Origin: Candidatus Harrisonbacteria bacterium
GTDB lineage: Bacteria; Patescibacteriota; Minisyncoccia; UBA6257; UBA11618
Direction of reading: 5' to 3'
Assembly: GCA_016867415.1 (NCBI GenBank)
Contig: VGJO01000001.1
Coordinates: 80,052 to 144,051, forward strand
Length of the DNA: 64,000 nt
The position numbers and the translations under genes are program-made. Shown piece by piece: positions 18,880 through 28,139 of the stretch (position 1 is its first letter; every line of letters starts with the position of its first letter). The notes under the pieces are model-generated. The model saw nothing but the letters and a program-made list of their open reading frames with translations. It searched no databases and was not told the DNA's origin.

Positions 18880-19275
18880 ATGTTTGGTCGCCGTCGTTTT
18901 CGAGAGCGGTTTCAGTTTCCCTGTAGTCTTTTGAGGCGCATGAGAATGGCTAGTATAGCCATCATCCTCTGCATGCTTTCCTTGTTTCTTGTGGCTGATA
19001 CAGCTCAGGCTCAGTCCGGAATTTTCTTGTCTTGGGGATTGGGAAGTAGATGGGACAGTTACCATTTTCGCCCGCCCTATCAGGGTGACTATTGGCACTA
19101 CCATCCCCGTTGCTATTCCTACCCTATGCCATATCCATACTACTATGGAGGGCATTATCCTTCGTACCCGATCTTCAATGGTCCTTGGGGTACGCCCATC
19201 TACACCTTCCCTGCATATGGTTGGGGTTATGGTGGTGGGTATAGCTTTGGTGGTGGATACTACCGTTCCTGGTAA
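18880..19275 (+). CDS. Secreted Tyr/Gly/Pro-rich orphan protein
   Basis: GGAGG before ATG 18880; signal peptide ending AQA; low-complexity YPMPYPYYYGG...GYGGGYSFGGGYY; terminator 19326-19353. Confidence 0.65.
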   Translation: MFGRRRFRERFQFPCSLLRRMRMASIAIILCMLSLFLVADTAQAQSGIFLSWGLGSRWDSYHFRPPYQGDYWHYHPRCYSYPMPYPYYYGGHYPSYPIFNGPWGTPIYTFPAYGWGYGGGYSFGGGYYRSW

Positions 19276-19444
19276 TGAAACTTTACTACCCGGCCCTTCT
19301 TCTCCATCTCTCCTTCTTTCACATTCCCGCATCTTGAATGCGGGTTTCTCTTTATTTATAAGGTACTGGATCCTGGATCAAAGGCCGGAAGATAAGATGT
19401 TAAATTAAGCAGAAACATGAGCAAAAGAATTCAAAGTATGAGTA

Positions 19445-20011
19445 CTAAAAAAGACTAGCCTTTACTTCAAAGCTTGGTAAGACTAACGGCACCCTCACAA
19501 TTTCATTCGTATATTTCTTCGGTATTGCCACATAGCCATTTTTTTTAATGAAATCATAAAGCATCTTCGTCACCTTCACGTCCTGCAGACAATATTCCTG
19601 AAGTTCTTTAAGCTTTCCCTCTTCCCAGTAACGAATAGCATCCAAGCCATGCCCCGTCTTCCCCACTCCCAGATTAGTCTGCGCCAAGATATCAAGCCCG
19701 ATCCGCGATCCATATGCCGCCTCGATCACTTCAAGAAGATCTAAGTTATTTAGCGCCATGATATTGAAGTTGAAATACTTCCGCATCACCGGCAGATCAA
19801 ACCGCTTGGTGGCAAAGCCTATCACCATTCCCGCGTTTTGAAAGATTGGTCCCAGTTGCGGAAAATCCTCCTCGAAGAAAGACAAATATTTATCTTGTTG
19901 GTACGAATACACACCCACAAAGCTTGTCTCTAATCGATCAATATTATGCGCTCCGCCTACATCCGCAAAGGTATTTTTCGTCTCAATATCAAACACAATG
20001 ACATCTTTCAT
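19445..20011 (-). CDS. RNase H-like (DEDD 3'-5' exonuclease-fold, YprB/RNase_H_2-like) protein
   Basis: IVFDIETK, IGFATKRFDLP, LDLL, YCLQDVKVT. Confidence 0.85.
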   Translation of the reverse strand: MKDVIVFDIETKNTFADVGGAHNIDRLETSFVGVYSYQQDKYLSFFEEDFPQLGPIFQNAGMVIGFATKRFDLPVMRKYFNFNIMALNNLDLLEVIEAAYGSRIGLDILAQTNLGVGKTGHGLDAIRYWEEGKLKELQEYCLQDVKVTKMLYDFIKKNGYVAIPKKYTNEIVRVPLVLPSFEVKASLF

Positions 20012-20112
20012 ATAAGAAAATATCCCTCATAATACCTTACTTTTTTACAGAAAAGAAAAAGTGCAAATTTCCCTTATTTTATAGGCTTATTTGACAAGTT
20101 TTAATAGGCATA

Positions 20113-20141
20113 TTGACTTTAATTTATAAGTATGCTATAAT
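20113..20141 (+). promoter_or_regulatory. Sigma70-type promoter with extended -10
   Basis: TTGACT-17-TATAAT, TG at the extended position. Confidence 0.75.
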
Positions 20142-20234
20142 ATAAAATGAAAAGCCTGAATAAGGCTTGTGACCGAAACTTGAAAATCTTCTTATCCCCA
20201 GCCGATTCTCTCTCGGCGCATCAGAAAGGTAATC

Positions 20235-20957
20235 ATGGCCACATGGCAGAAATGGGTTTTTGGAATCTTGGCGGGAATCATTCTCCTGCCAGCGGTCCCG
20301 GAGATCATCAAAGGTCTTCGTGAGTCAATAATTCAAGGAGTGCGGGGTTCGACAGCGACGGTTAACACCGTCAACCAAGTCAATCCCCAGGGTCAAGTCA
20401 GTGTTTCTCAGCAACTGCCCAACGGAAGTTTCATCGACTTCCAAGGTCAAGTCTGGGGCCGAGTCAAAGATGACTCGGCTCCCGCTACCGGCAGTTCAGT
20501 GATCCATGTGGACGAGCACAACCATCACTACCATGTAGTGGACGGTGGTGCAGTCCAAGGTGGCGGTCAGCAAGTGGTGGAGCAATGTGTTACCCCTGCC
20601 GCTGTCTACTGCGAGCAGCCTGCCACGACACAGTGGTGCGCCAATCCAGCCACTGCCCGCGCCTCTGCGAGTTACAACAATAGCTTCAATCGCTATATAG
20701 ATCGCAGTCGCAACGCTCCGTTTATTGATCTTTCGGGCCTTATCAGCCTGAACGTCGCAAACGGTGGCGGTGGTTTCCTTGGTGGCGGTGGAGGTTACGG
20801 CTTTACGAGTGGTGGATACTGGGACAACTACTACGCGAGTGGTTCCAGTATTTGCGGTGGGGGATTATTTGGAGGCGGTGGTTACTACTACCCTCGCCCT
20901 CAACCTCGCCCTCAACCTCCGGTCTGCGCTCCACCCCAGCGCTACCGCAGCTACTAA
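20235..20957 (+). CDS. Membrane-anchored/secreted Gly/Gln/Cys/Pro-rich orphan protein
   Basis: AGAAAGG RBS, N-terminal hydrophobic segment, His cluster, GGGG-YY tracts, PQPRPQPP. Confidence 0.7.
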   Translation: MATWQKWVFGILAGIILLPAVPEIIKGLRESIIQGVRGSTATVNTVNQVNPQGQVSVSQQLPNGSFIDFQGQVWGRVKDDSAPATGSSVIHVDEHNHHYHVVDGGAVQGGGQQVVEQCVTPAAVYCEQPATTQWCANPATARASASYNNSFNRYIDRSRNAPFIDLSGLISLNVANGGGGFLGGGGGYGFTSGGYWDNYYASGSSICGGGLFGGGGYYYPRPQPRPQPPVCAPPQRYRSY

Positions 20958-20985
20958 CCGGGCGCCGATTCACTTCGGCTTCCCT

Positions 20986-21021
20986 GACCTCAGACAGCAC
21001 TCCGTCTGAGGTCTTTTTTTT
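20986..21021 (+). terminator. Intrinsic terminator
   Basis: GACCTCAGAC-loop-GTCTGAGGTC followed by a T-tract. Confidence 0.85.
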
Positions 21022-21133
21022 GTCTGCCGTTCTGCAATTACGAAGGAGGATTTTACCCCCGGCTTCACCTTTTCATATCTTTATGCGAAGGCAGGAGCCT
21101 TAGGTAAAAGAGACTTTTTATTTTTTAAAAAAT

Positions 21134-21162
21134 TTGACTTCAATTATTATATATGATAATAT
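21134..21162 (+). promoter_or_regulatory. Sigma70-type promoter
   Basis: TTGACT-17-TAATAT with TG extension. Confidence 0.55.
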
Positions 21163-21229
21163 GTTGTAAATTTGGAGGATGTCCTCTAAACGCAAATTGA
21201 AAGATTAATCAAACAAAGCAAGCAAGAAA

Positions 21230-21931
21230 GTGAGGTCTCTCATGCGATGCCTTCGATTTTTTTGTTTCGTGGCCCTAGCGCTTTGTGCGCTGGCTACCTC
21301 AGCAGAAGCTTCGCCCGGCTCTTCCGGCAGCGCGCCCAATCCACCTATGGAGCCCGGCGCCTCCGCCGCTTGCCCCGGCGGTGCCAAATGCCACGCCTGG
21401 CAGGAACGCTGCTTCAAGAAAAAGCGCGTTCCCGTCACCGTTACCACTGAAGTGGAAGTTGATGTCGAAGAGGTCATCATCCACAATCACAATGAGAAAG
21501 TCGTTGAAGTCATTAAGGAGGTGCCGGTCGAAAAGCGGATCTGCGTCCCGGTGGATCGGCCTGTGCCGGTCTATCGAGATCGAGTGCAGGTAGTGGAGAA
21601 GAGGGTCTGCGTTCCTGTCCCGGTGGACCGAATCGTCTATCGTGATCGGATTGTGTACCGGGATCGCCCTGTCTACGTTCCGTCCTGCATCGAGCACTGC
21701 CCACCGCCTCCAAATGGTGGTTGTTGTGTGCTCGGTTTCGGTAGTAGTGCACCTTCCATGCGAACGCGGCAACTCTCAATCATCGGGCCTCAAGCATCGG
21801 TGCAGGTCGGCGGGGGAGTCTTCGCGCGAGTGAAGGCGGCCCTGCCGATAATCAACTACCGAAGCGAGACTCATCGTGGCCCTCATCGCCCCTTGAGCTC
21901 TAGTGTGGGTGATCCGCTCTACCAGCCGTAA
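21230..21931 (+). CDS. Secreted orphan protein with VPV/VEK/YRDR repeats and Cys
   Basis: Signal peptide ending AEA; EKVVEVIKEVPVEKRICVPVDRPVPVYRDR...VPVPVDRIVYRDRIVYRDRPVYVP. Confidence 0.7.
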   Translation: MRSLMRCLRFFCFVALALCALATSAEASPGSSGSAPNPPMEPGASAACPGGAKCHAWQERCFKKKRVPVTVTTEVEVDVEEVIIHNHNEKVVEVIKEVPVEKRICVPVDRPVPVYRDRVQVVEKRVCVPVPVDRIVYRDRIVYRDRPVYVPSCIEHCPPPPNGGCCVLGFGSSAPSMRTRQLSIIGPQASVQVGGGVFARVKAALPIINYRSETHRGPHRPLSSSVGDPLYQP

Positions 21932-21978
21932 AGACGGCAGAAGTCACCGCGTATGGCCCCCTCGCTGTGACGCCGTCT

Positions 21979-22013
21979 AGCTCCCGAGATTCTGAATCTC
22001 GGGAGCTTTTTTT
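21979..22013 (+). terminator. Intrinsic terminator
   Basis: AGCTCCCGAGATT-AATCTCGGGAGCT followed by a T-tract. Confidence 0.85.
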
Positions 22014-22118
22014 ATCTCGCCGCAGCTTTTCATAAAAGTGAATCCAAACGTATTTCTGTACTTAATTACCAAAAAATGTTTTAATCCAAAAAAATAAAAA
22101 TTTTTATCGGTGACTTAC

Positions 22119-22250
22119 GCCACGAAAGCGCAGGATTTTTGAGAAGAGTTTGGATTTTCTTTGTGAGCAGCGAACGGAGCATACTAGAACTTGAGTATGT
22201 GAGTACGAGACGCAGCAAAAAAATCAAGATCTTCTAAAAAATACAAGCTT
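22119..22250 (+). repeat. Long-hairpin repeat family copy
   Basis: GCCACG..AAGCGCAGGATTTTT...GTGAG...CGGAGCATACT-loop-AGTATGTGAG...AAAAAATACAAGCTT, ending 6 nt before ATG 22257. Confidence 0.85.
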
Positions 22251-22256
22251 ATTAAT

Positions 22257-23489
22257 ATGGAAAAGAGAATCTATCTAGACTACGCCTCCTCCACCCCCCT
22301 CGACCCCCAAGTGTTGTCTGCCATGCAGCCTTATTTTTATAAGCTCTTCGGCAATCCCGGCTCTACCCACCGTGAAGGCCAAATCGCCTTCGCCGCCCTT
22401 GCTGAAGCACGCGAGATGATCTCTCTCGCTCTTGGCGCCGAGTGGAAAAACACCCTCTTTCTTCCCTCCGCGACCGAAGCCAATAATTTCATCCTCCGTG
22501 GCGCTCTATCGGTCTGGGGAAAGTCTCATCCTGGCATAATTCCCGAATATATCATTTCTCCCCTTGAGCACCCCTCGCTCATTGCTACTGCTAAGGATCT
22601 TGCGAGGGAAGGAAAAATTATTCTTCATTTTCTTAAAGTTACTGAAGCCGGTATTGTGGATTTTACCTCGCTCTCCCCCCTCCTTTCTCCTCGCACCTGC
22701 CTCATCGCTGTCCAAAGCGCCAACAGCGAGCTTGGTACCCTCCAGCCTATTCAAGAAATCGCCACTCTCATATCTTCTTATAAAGAATCTAAAAAAAATA
22801 ATAGTCATTCCGGACTTAGCACACCTCGCTCTAAGCGGGATCCGGAATCTATAAAAAATAATTCTTACCCGCTTTTTCACATCGACGCGGTCCAGTCTTT
22901 CCAATATTTCCCCATCACCCTTGCCGAATCCGGCGCGGATTCTATTATCATCTCTTCGCATAAGCTCTATGGTCCCAAAGGCGCTGCCGCGCTTTCTCTC
23001 AAAAATTCTTCTCTCTCCTCTCCTCTTCTTTTTGGCGACACTCGGGAATCCGGCCTTCGCTCCGGTACAGAAAATGTTCCATCTATAGTCGGTTTTGGTA
23101 AAGCCGTTGAACTTGCGGAAAAAAATCGGGCTAAGGAATCAAAAAGAATAAAAATTCTCCGAGATTTCCTTTGGGAAGGCCTTGCAAAAATCTATCCTCA
23201 TATAAAACTGAATGGAGACTTAGAACGCCGCCTGCCACATAATCTAAGCGTCTATTTTCCCGGCACCCCTTCAACCGATTTTATGATTGAGCTTGATATG
23301 CAAGGTATTGCCGTCTCCGCCGGCACTGCCTGCTCCGCTCGCGCTCTTACTCCGTCTCCTGTCCTTGAGATCCTTTATCCCGATTCCGACCGTCCCTATT
23401 CTTCCCTCCGCTTCACTCTTGGCCGACCAACCAAAAAATCCGACCTCGTAAGCGTCCTCAAAATCCTCAAAAACCGCAGGCCGAAATAA
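22257..23489 (+). CDS. Cysteine desulfurase (IscS/NifS class V PLP enzyme) with a 20-aa insertion
   Basis: IYLDYASSTP, ATEANN, FHIDAVQ, SSHKLYGPKG (PLP Lys), RSGTENV, SAGTACS. Confidence 0.92.
   Translation: MEKRIYLDYASSTPLDPQVLSAMQPYFYKLFGNPGSTHREGQIAFAALAEAREMISLALGAEWKNTLFLPSATEANNFILRGALSVWGKSHPGIIPEYIISPLEHPSLIATAKDLAREGKIILHFLKVTEAGIVDFTSLSPLLSPRTCLIAVQSANSELGTLQPIQEIATLISSYKESKKNNSHSGLSTPRSKRDPESIKNNSYPLFHIDAVQSFQYFPITLAESGADSIIISSHKLYGPKGAAALSLKNSSLSSPLLFGDTRESGLRSGTENVPSIVGFGKAVELAEKNRAKESKRIKILRDFLWEGLAKIYPHIKLNGDLERRLPHNLSVYFPGTPSTDFMIELDMQGIAVSAGTACSARALTPSPVLEILYPDSDRPYSSLRFTLGRPTKKSDLVSVLKILKNRRPK
22804..22851 (+). repeat. Short REP/RPE-like palindrome, in frame within a CDS
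   Basis: GTCATTCCGGAC...GATCCGGAATCTA, matching intergenic copies at 39535, 46967 and 50778. Confidence 0.8.
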
Positions 23490-23559
23490 TTTACTGTTTT
23501 TTTCTATTTGGCCGAAGGCCACGTGAGAAATTATGCAATCATAATTTATTTTGCGTCAT

Positions 23560-23591
23560 AAAAAATCCCCCACTCCGTACGGAGTGGGGGA
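23560..23591 (-). terminator. Perfect palindromic hairpin, terminator for the minus strand
   Basis: TCCCCCACTCCGTACGGAGTGGGGGA preceded by an A-tract on the + strand. Confidence 0.65.
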
Positions 23592-23962
23592 AAAAAGAAG
23601 TCAGAGAATAATAAGCCACTTTATCAAACATTATTATTTCTCTGGTCAAAGAAGAAAGCGCAGAAAAACCCTCCTAATTTTCACCTGATTCTCTTTCCAC
23701 GCTCAAAAAAGAAAGGTAAGGAAGAGGCGGAGTATTCTCTCACCCTTTGATATTTCCTTACCTTAATTTTAAAGAAGAGAGTGAAGAATTGTCCATTTTT
23801 TTCAATCCCAGCATCCTCCACTCTCAAATGCAAAGTTTTCAATGAATAACTATTATATACCATATAAATATATAGGAGTCAAAAAAATAAAAATCAATAA
23901 TGTTAATATATATGTATAAGCTAGATTTAAGAAGATTTTATTAAAAAATACTCGCTCTGCAA

Positions 23963-24165
23963 AAGCGCATAATTTTTGGACGAGTCTCCACTGGCAATTA
24001 GCTCTCTTAAACTAAAAAATAAAAGAATTAGTAAAAAAGAACTAAAATGAGCTAGATCAGCGAGGCTCCCCATTTCTTTTCGAGGAGCTACCGGAGCATA
24101 CTAAGGGAAGTCTGTAAGGAGATACCGCAGGAAAAAACGGGAAAATTCGCCAAAAAGACAAGCTT
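23963..24165 (+). repeat. Long-hairpin repeat family copy interrupted by an ~80-nt insertion
   Basis: AAGCGCATAATTTTTGGA...[insert]...CGAGGAGCTACCGGAGCATACTA...GGAAAAAACGGGAAAATTCGCCAAAAAGACAAGCTT. Confidence 0.8.
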
Positions 24166-24442
24166 TTCACATGAAGACAAAACCCACGCGCCCTTTTTTA
24201 TATTTCTAATATTTGAAGCCGAGATAAAAAATATACAGTTTGTAAAAATATAAATAATAAAGATCTAGTAATTCGTTTAAATGCAGAGAATGAAGTAAGA
24301 GAAAAGTTATTCTGCGAACCAGAAGCATCAATAAATACCAAGCCCTGTTACCCAACCCCGATTCGATTAACTAATCGAAAAAGAAAAGACAGAAAATCAT
24401 TTTCCCCTGTCTTTTCTTAAGTGATAAAACCAATTCCCTTCA

Positions 24443-24471
24443 TTGACTTTTGATATAAATTTTGCTAATGT
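24443..24471 (+). promoter_or_regulatory. Candidate clpB promoter
   Basis: TTGACT-17-TAATGT with TG extension. Confidence 0.5.
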
Positions 24472-24605
24472 ACATATACATTCAGACCTGAAAGTTTTTG
24501 AAGAAATGGACAAAAAAAGTAATACTAAATTAGTCTCTTAGAATTTTTCTTTTACATCTTATTTTACGTAAAAGCATAGGATATAAAGTCTTAGCACAAG
24601 CGTAA

Positions 24606-24723
24606 GCGAAGTAATTTTGGAGGGTATTTCGATTTTTCTTGAGAGTACGGGGCGGAGCATGCTAGGAAAGTCTGTGAGCACCGAACGGAACAAAAAATCG
24701 AAATGCACCCAAAAGTACGAGCG
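24606..24723 (+). repeat. Long-hairpin repeat family copy upstream of clpB
   Basis: GCGAAGTAATTTTGG..ATTTCGATTTTT...CGGAGCAT...GTGAG...AAAAATCGAAAT..CCAAAAGTACGAGCG. Confidence 0.85.
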
Positions 24724-24733
24724 TAAAACACTA

Positions 24734-27391
24734 ATGAAACAGTTTAATAGGTTCACAATTAAAGCCCAAGAAGCCCTCCAAAATTCCCAAGACCTCGCCT
24801 CTCTTCGCAATCACGGCGAGTTTAAAGCCGTTCATCTTCTTCATAGTTTAATTCAGGATTCTCAATCCCTCGTTCAGCCAATGCTTGTGAAAGTCAGCGT
24901 TAATCTTGATCAACTTTTCGAAGAGCTTGAAGCTGAATTGGGTCGCATGCCCAAAATTTTTTCTGGTGGCAATACTGGCCAACTCTATCTCTCCCAAGAA
25001 ATTATTCAGATTCTCGATCGGGCCGGTAAAATCGCTCTCGCTCAAAAAGATGAGTTTGTGAGCTGCGAGCACCTTCTTTTGAGTATCCTCGATACCCGTT
25101 CGAGCGCGAAGGAAATCTTAGAGTCTTTCGGAGTGAAGCGCGATCCGCTTATTCGCGTTTTAGAAAAACTTCGCGGCTCTAATCGAGTCGTCGACGAGAC
25201 TCCTGAGAGTAAATTTCAGGTACTTGAAAAGTATGGCATCAATCTTACCGAGCGGGCCAAACAAGGAAAGCTTGATCCGGTCATCGGTCGCGACGATGAA
25301 GTTCGGCGCTTGATTCAAGTGCTTTCCCGCCGCACGAAAAATAATCCAGTCTTAATCGGCGAACCTGGTGTGGGAAAGACTGCGATAATCGAAGGCTTAG
25401 CCCAACGCATTATCTCCGGAGATGTTCCTGAAACACTTCGCGCGAAAGAAATTATTTCGCTGGATCTTGGCGCTCTTATTGCTGGCACGAAATTTCGCGG
25501 TGAATTTGAAGATCGGCTTAAGGCTTTTATGAAGGAGATTAAAAACAGCGATGGCCGCTTCATTCTTTTTATCGATGAGCTTCACATGATCGTCGGTGCC
25601 GGTGCCGCCGAAGGTGCCATCGACGCTTCCAATCTTTTAAAACCTTCTCTTGCTCGAGGTGAACTTCGCGCTATTGGTGCTACTACACTCCGGGAATATC
25701 AGAAACATATTGAAAAAGACCCTGCCCTGGAGCGCCGCTTCCAGCCTATCTTGGTAGAAGAGCCTTCTATTGAGGATGCGCTCGCTATTCTTCGTGGTCT
25801 TAAAGAAAAATATGAAATTCATCATGGTATTCGGATCAGTGATGAAGCCTTAGTTGCCTCGGTCAATCTTTCTGCTCGCTACATTACTGATCGTTTTCTC
25901 CCTGATAAGGCCGTAGATCTGATGGATGAAGCCGCTGCCGCTCGGCGTCTTGAATCCGAAAGTATTCCTCGTGAAATAGATCGCTTCCGTCGGGATATTA
26001 TGCGTCTCGAGATCGAGCAAAAAGCCTTGGAAAAAGAGCAGGAGGAAGTCTCCGGTACTGGTAAAGTAAAAGTAAAAAAGCGATTAGAAGAGATTAAGAG
26101 TGAGCTTTCCGCTCTTAAGGAAAAAAATGATGGCCTCTCTGCTAAGTGGCATAAGGAAAAGATCGCCTTTGAAAATCTTCACAAGCTTCGCCGGCGCGAG
26201 GATGATCTTCGCCGCGAAGCCGAAATTGCCGAACGTGATGGTAATCTCACTCGGGTCGCCGAGATCCTTTATGGCGAGCTTCCCGCCGCTCAAAAAGAAT
26301 ACAAAGATTTTGAAAAGAAATACTTCTCAAAAGGGAAGGCTACTAGTACCTCTGAAAAATTTCTCAAAGACGCTGTTGATGAGGAAGATGTGGCTGCGGT
26401 TGTTTCTCGTTGGACCGGAATCCCCGTTTCTCGCATGCTTGAGTCCGAAGCCGTTAAGCTCACTCGCCTTGAGGACGTCCTAAGTAAGCGCGTAGTGGGT
26501 CAGGAGACTGCTGTGACAGCCGTCGCTAATGCCCTCCGCCGGTCTCGAGCAGGCCTTGCTGATATGAGTCGTCCCCTTGGATCCTTTATGTTCTTAGGAC
26601 CTACCGGTGTTGGCAAGACGGAGCTTGCCAAAGCTTTGGCCGAATTCATGTTTAATGACGAAAAAGCCTTGATCCGCATTGATATGTCTGAATACATGGA
26701 GCGTCACGCCGTCTCTCGCCTTATTGGTTCGCCTCCTGGGTATGTTGGTCATGATGAAGGAGGGCAGCTCACTGAGATTATTCGTCATCGTCCCTATAGC
26801 ATCATTCTTTTCGATGAGATTGAGAAAGCTCATCCTGAAGTCTTTAATATTCTCTTGCAGGCTCTTGATAATGGCCGTCTCACCGACAGTAAGGGTAAGA
26901 CCGTCAATCTTAAAAACTGCGTAATTATTTTGACTAGCAACGTTGGGAGTCATCATTTTAAGGAGATTTCCCGCCTTGGCTTCAAGACCGAAGAAGGGGA
27001 AAATCTCGAAGCTAAGGAAAAAGATTTTCGTTCTCGCGTCATGGACGCTTTGAAGGATCAATTCCGTCCCGAGTTCTTAAATCGGCTCGACGAAATAATC
27101 ACCTTCAACGCCTTAAATCGCAATGTGATCGAAAAAATAGTTGAGATTCAACTCGAGAAGGTAAAAGAGCGGCTTGCCGAGCGAAGTATCCGGCTTAAGA
27201 TTGATGATTCTGCCAAAAAGTATATTGTCGAGCATGGTTTTGATCCTGATTATGGTGTCCGTCCGATTAAGCGCTTGATTCAAAAAGTGATTCTTGATCC
27301 GATGGCCGACAAGATTATAAAAGGCGAATTGAAAGACGGCGATGAAGCGAAGGTTAGCTTTAAGAAGTCCTTACTTACTGTTAGCGTGTAA
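24734..27391 (+). CDS. clpB: ATP-dependent chaperone ClpB
   Basis: Clp N domain, two AAA+ modules ([16 protein letters not shown]), long middle coiled coil; start MKQFNRFT at ATG 24734. Confidence 0.93.
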   Translation: MKQFNRFTIKAQEALQNSQDLASLRNHGEFKAVHLLHSLIQDSQSLVQPMLVKVSVNLDQLFEELEAELGRMPKIFSGGNTGQLYLSQEIIQILDRAGKIALAQKDEFVSCEHLLLSILDTRSSAKEILESFGVKRDPLIRVLEKLRGSNRVVDETPESKFQVLEKYGINLTERAKQGKLDPVIGRDDEVRRLIQVLSRRTKNNPVLIGEPGVGKTAIIEGLAQRIISGDVPETLRAKEIISLDLGALIAGTKFRGEFEDRLKAFMKEIKNSDGRFILFIDELHMIVGAGAAEGAIDASNLLKPSLARGELRAIGATTLREYQKHIEKDPALERRFQPILVEEPSIEDALAILRGLKEKYEIHHGIRISDEALVASVNLSARYITDRFLPDKAVDLMDEAAAARRLESESIPREIDRFRRDIMRLEIEQKALEKEQEEVSGTGKVKVKKRLEEIKSELSALKEKNDGLSAKWHKEKIAFENLHKLRRREDDLRREAEIAERDGNLTRVAEILYGELPAAQKEYKDFEKKYFSKGKATSTSEKFLKDAVDEEDVAAVVSRWTGIPVSRMLESEAVKLTRLEDVLSKRVVGQETAVTAVANALRRSRAGLADMSRPLGSFMFLGPTGVGKTELAKALAEFMFNDEKALIRIDMSEYMERHAVSRLIGSPPGYVGHDEGGQLTEIIRHRPYSIILFDEIEKAHPEVFNILLQALDNGRLTDSKGKTVNLKNCVIILTSNVGSHHFKEISRLGFKTEEGENLEAKEKDFRSRVMDALKDQFRPEFLNRLDEIITFNALNRNVIEKIVEIQLEKVKERLAERSIRLKIDDSAKKYIVEHGFDPDYGVRPIKRLIQKVILDPMADKIIKGELKDGDEAKVSFKKSLLTVSV

Positions 27392-28073
27392 GGCAGTTAT
27401 TGTAGGAATTGGAGCGGGGAGTGCCTTTGGGGACTCCCTTTTCCTTAAGGCTATCTTTTTTTTATTCTCTGCTCTCTTTTTCTTTTTTCCTACTATCCAG
27501 ACTCTTCCTTACTTCTGGAGCTGGCTTTTTCTCCTCAATCTTGTTTTTTGGAACGGATCCTTGGGGCTTTCCAATATTTTCACTCCTTTTTCTTTTGGTG
27601 TTTTTTTCGCCATTCTCTCTTTCGTGCATCTCGGCAGTAAAGATCTTATTTTTATCCGGCATAAAGAGCTTCATGTCATCCTCTGTCTTTTCCTTGTTTT
27701 TCTCTCCTTGCTTTTCTTAATGAATATTACCTCTCCCGCTTTCTTCTTGGAAAAAATATTTCTTGTTTTTCTTTCTTCTTTCTTTCTTATCCGGGAGTTT
27801 CTCTATGGTTATATAAAAAATTCCCGTTCTCGCATCGTCGCCCTTGTCCTCTCCCTCCTTTTGAGTGAGCTCTCTCTTTTCATTTCTTGGCTCCCCCTCT
27901 CTCCGCTCCGCTCCGCTCTCCTTATCTTTACCCCTCTCCTTTTCTTCCTTTATCTTCTCATGAAAAGCGAACGAGGTGGCAATTCTTTGAAAACCATCTC
28001 TCTCTCCGCCGATTTCTTCTTTTTCTTCCTTGTCATCACAGGCATCCTCCTCTCCTCCTACATCTTCCAATAG
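27342..28073 (+). CDS. Multi-TM hypothetical membrane protein
   Basis: Highly hydrophobic 243-aa ORF overlapping the end of clpB. Confidence 0.7.
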   Translation: MKRRLALRSPYLLLACKAVIVGIGAGSAFGDSLFLKAIFFLFSALFFFFPTIQTLPYFWSWLFLLNLVFWNGSLGLSNIFTPFSFGVFFAILSFVHLGSKDLIFIRHKELHVILCLFLVFLSLLFLMNITSPAFFLEKIFLVFLSSFFLIREFLYGYIKNSRSRIVALVLSLLLSELSLFISWLPLSPLRSALLIFTPLLFFLYLLMKSERGGNSLKTISLSADFFFFFLVITGILLSSYIFQ

Positions 28074-28139
28074 CTTCCAAATTCCTTATTAAAAAAGGCA
28101 TTTTAAAGATATTGACAAACGCAAAACGAGTCGACGGGA

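Noticed and set aside
23681-23863. 60-aa minus-strand ORF, or TGA readthrough (code 25)
   Set aside because: No recognisable motif; several clear genes end in TGA and none needs readthrough
24591-24620. CIRCE operator before clpB
   Set aside because: Only TTAGCAC matches; the second half-site GAGTGCTAA is absent and the repeat element follows instead
24617-24733. N-terminal extensions of ClpB (also TrpS and the GT at 36093) in the ORF track
   Set aside because: They are translations of the repeat element; family-like sequence starts at downstream ATGs
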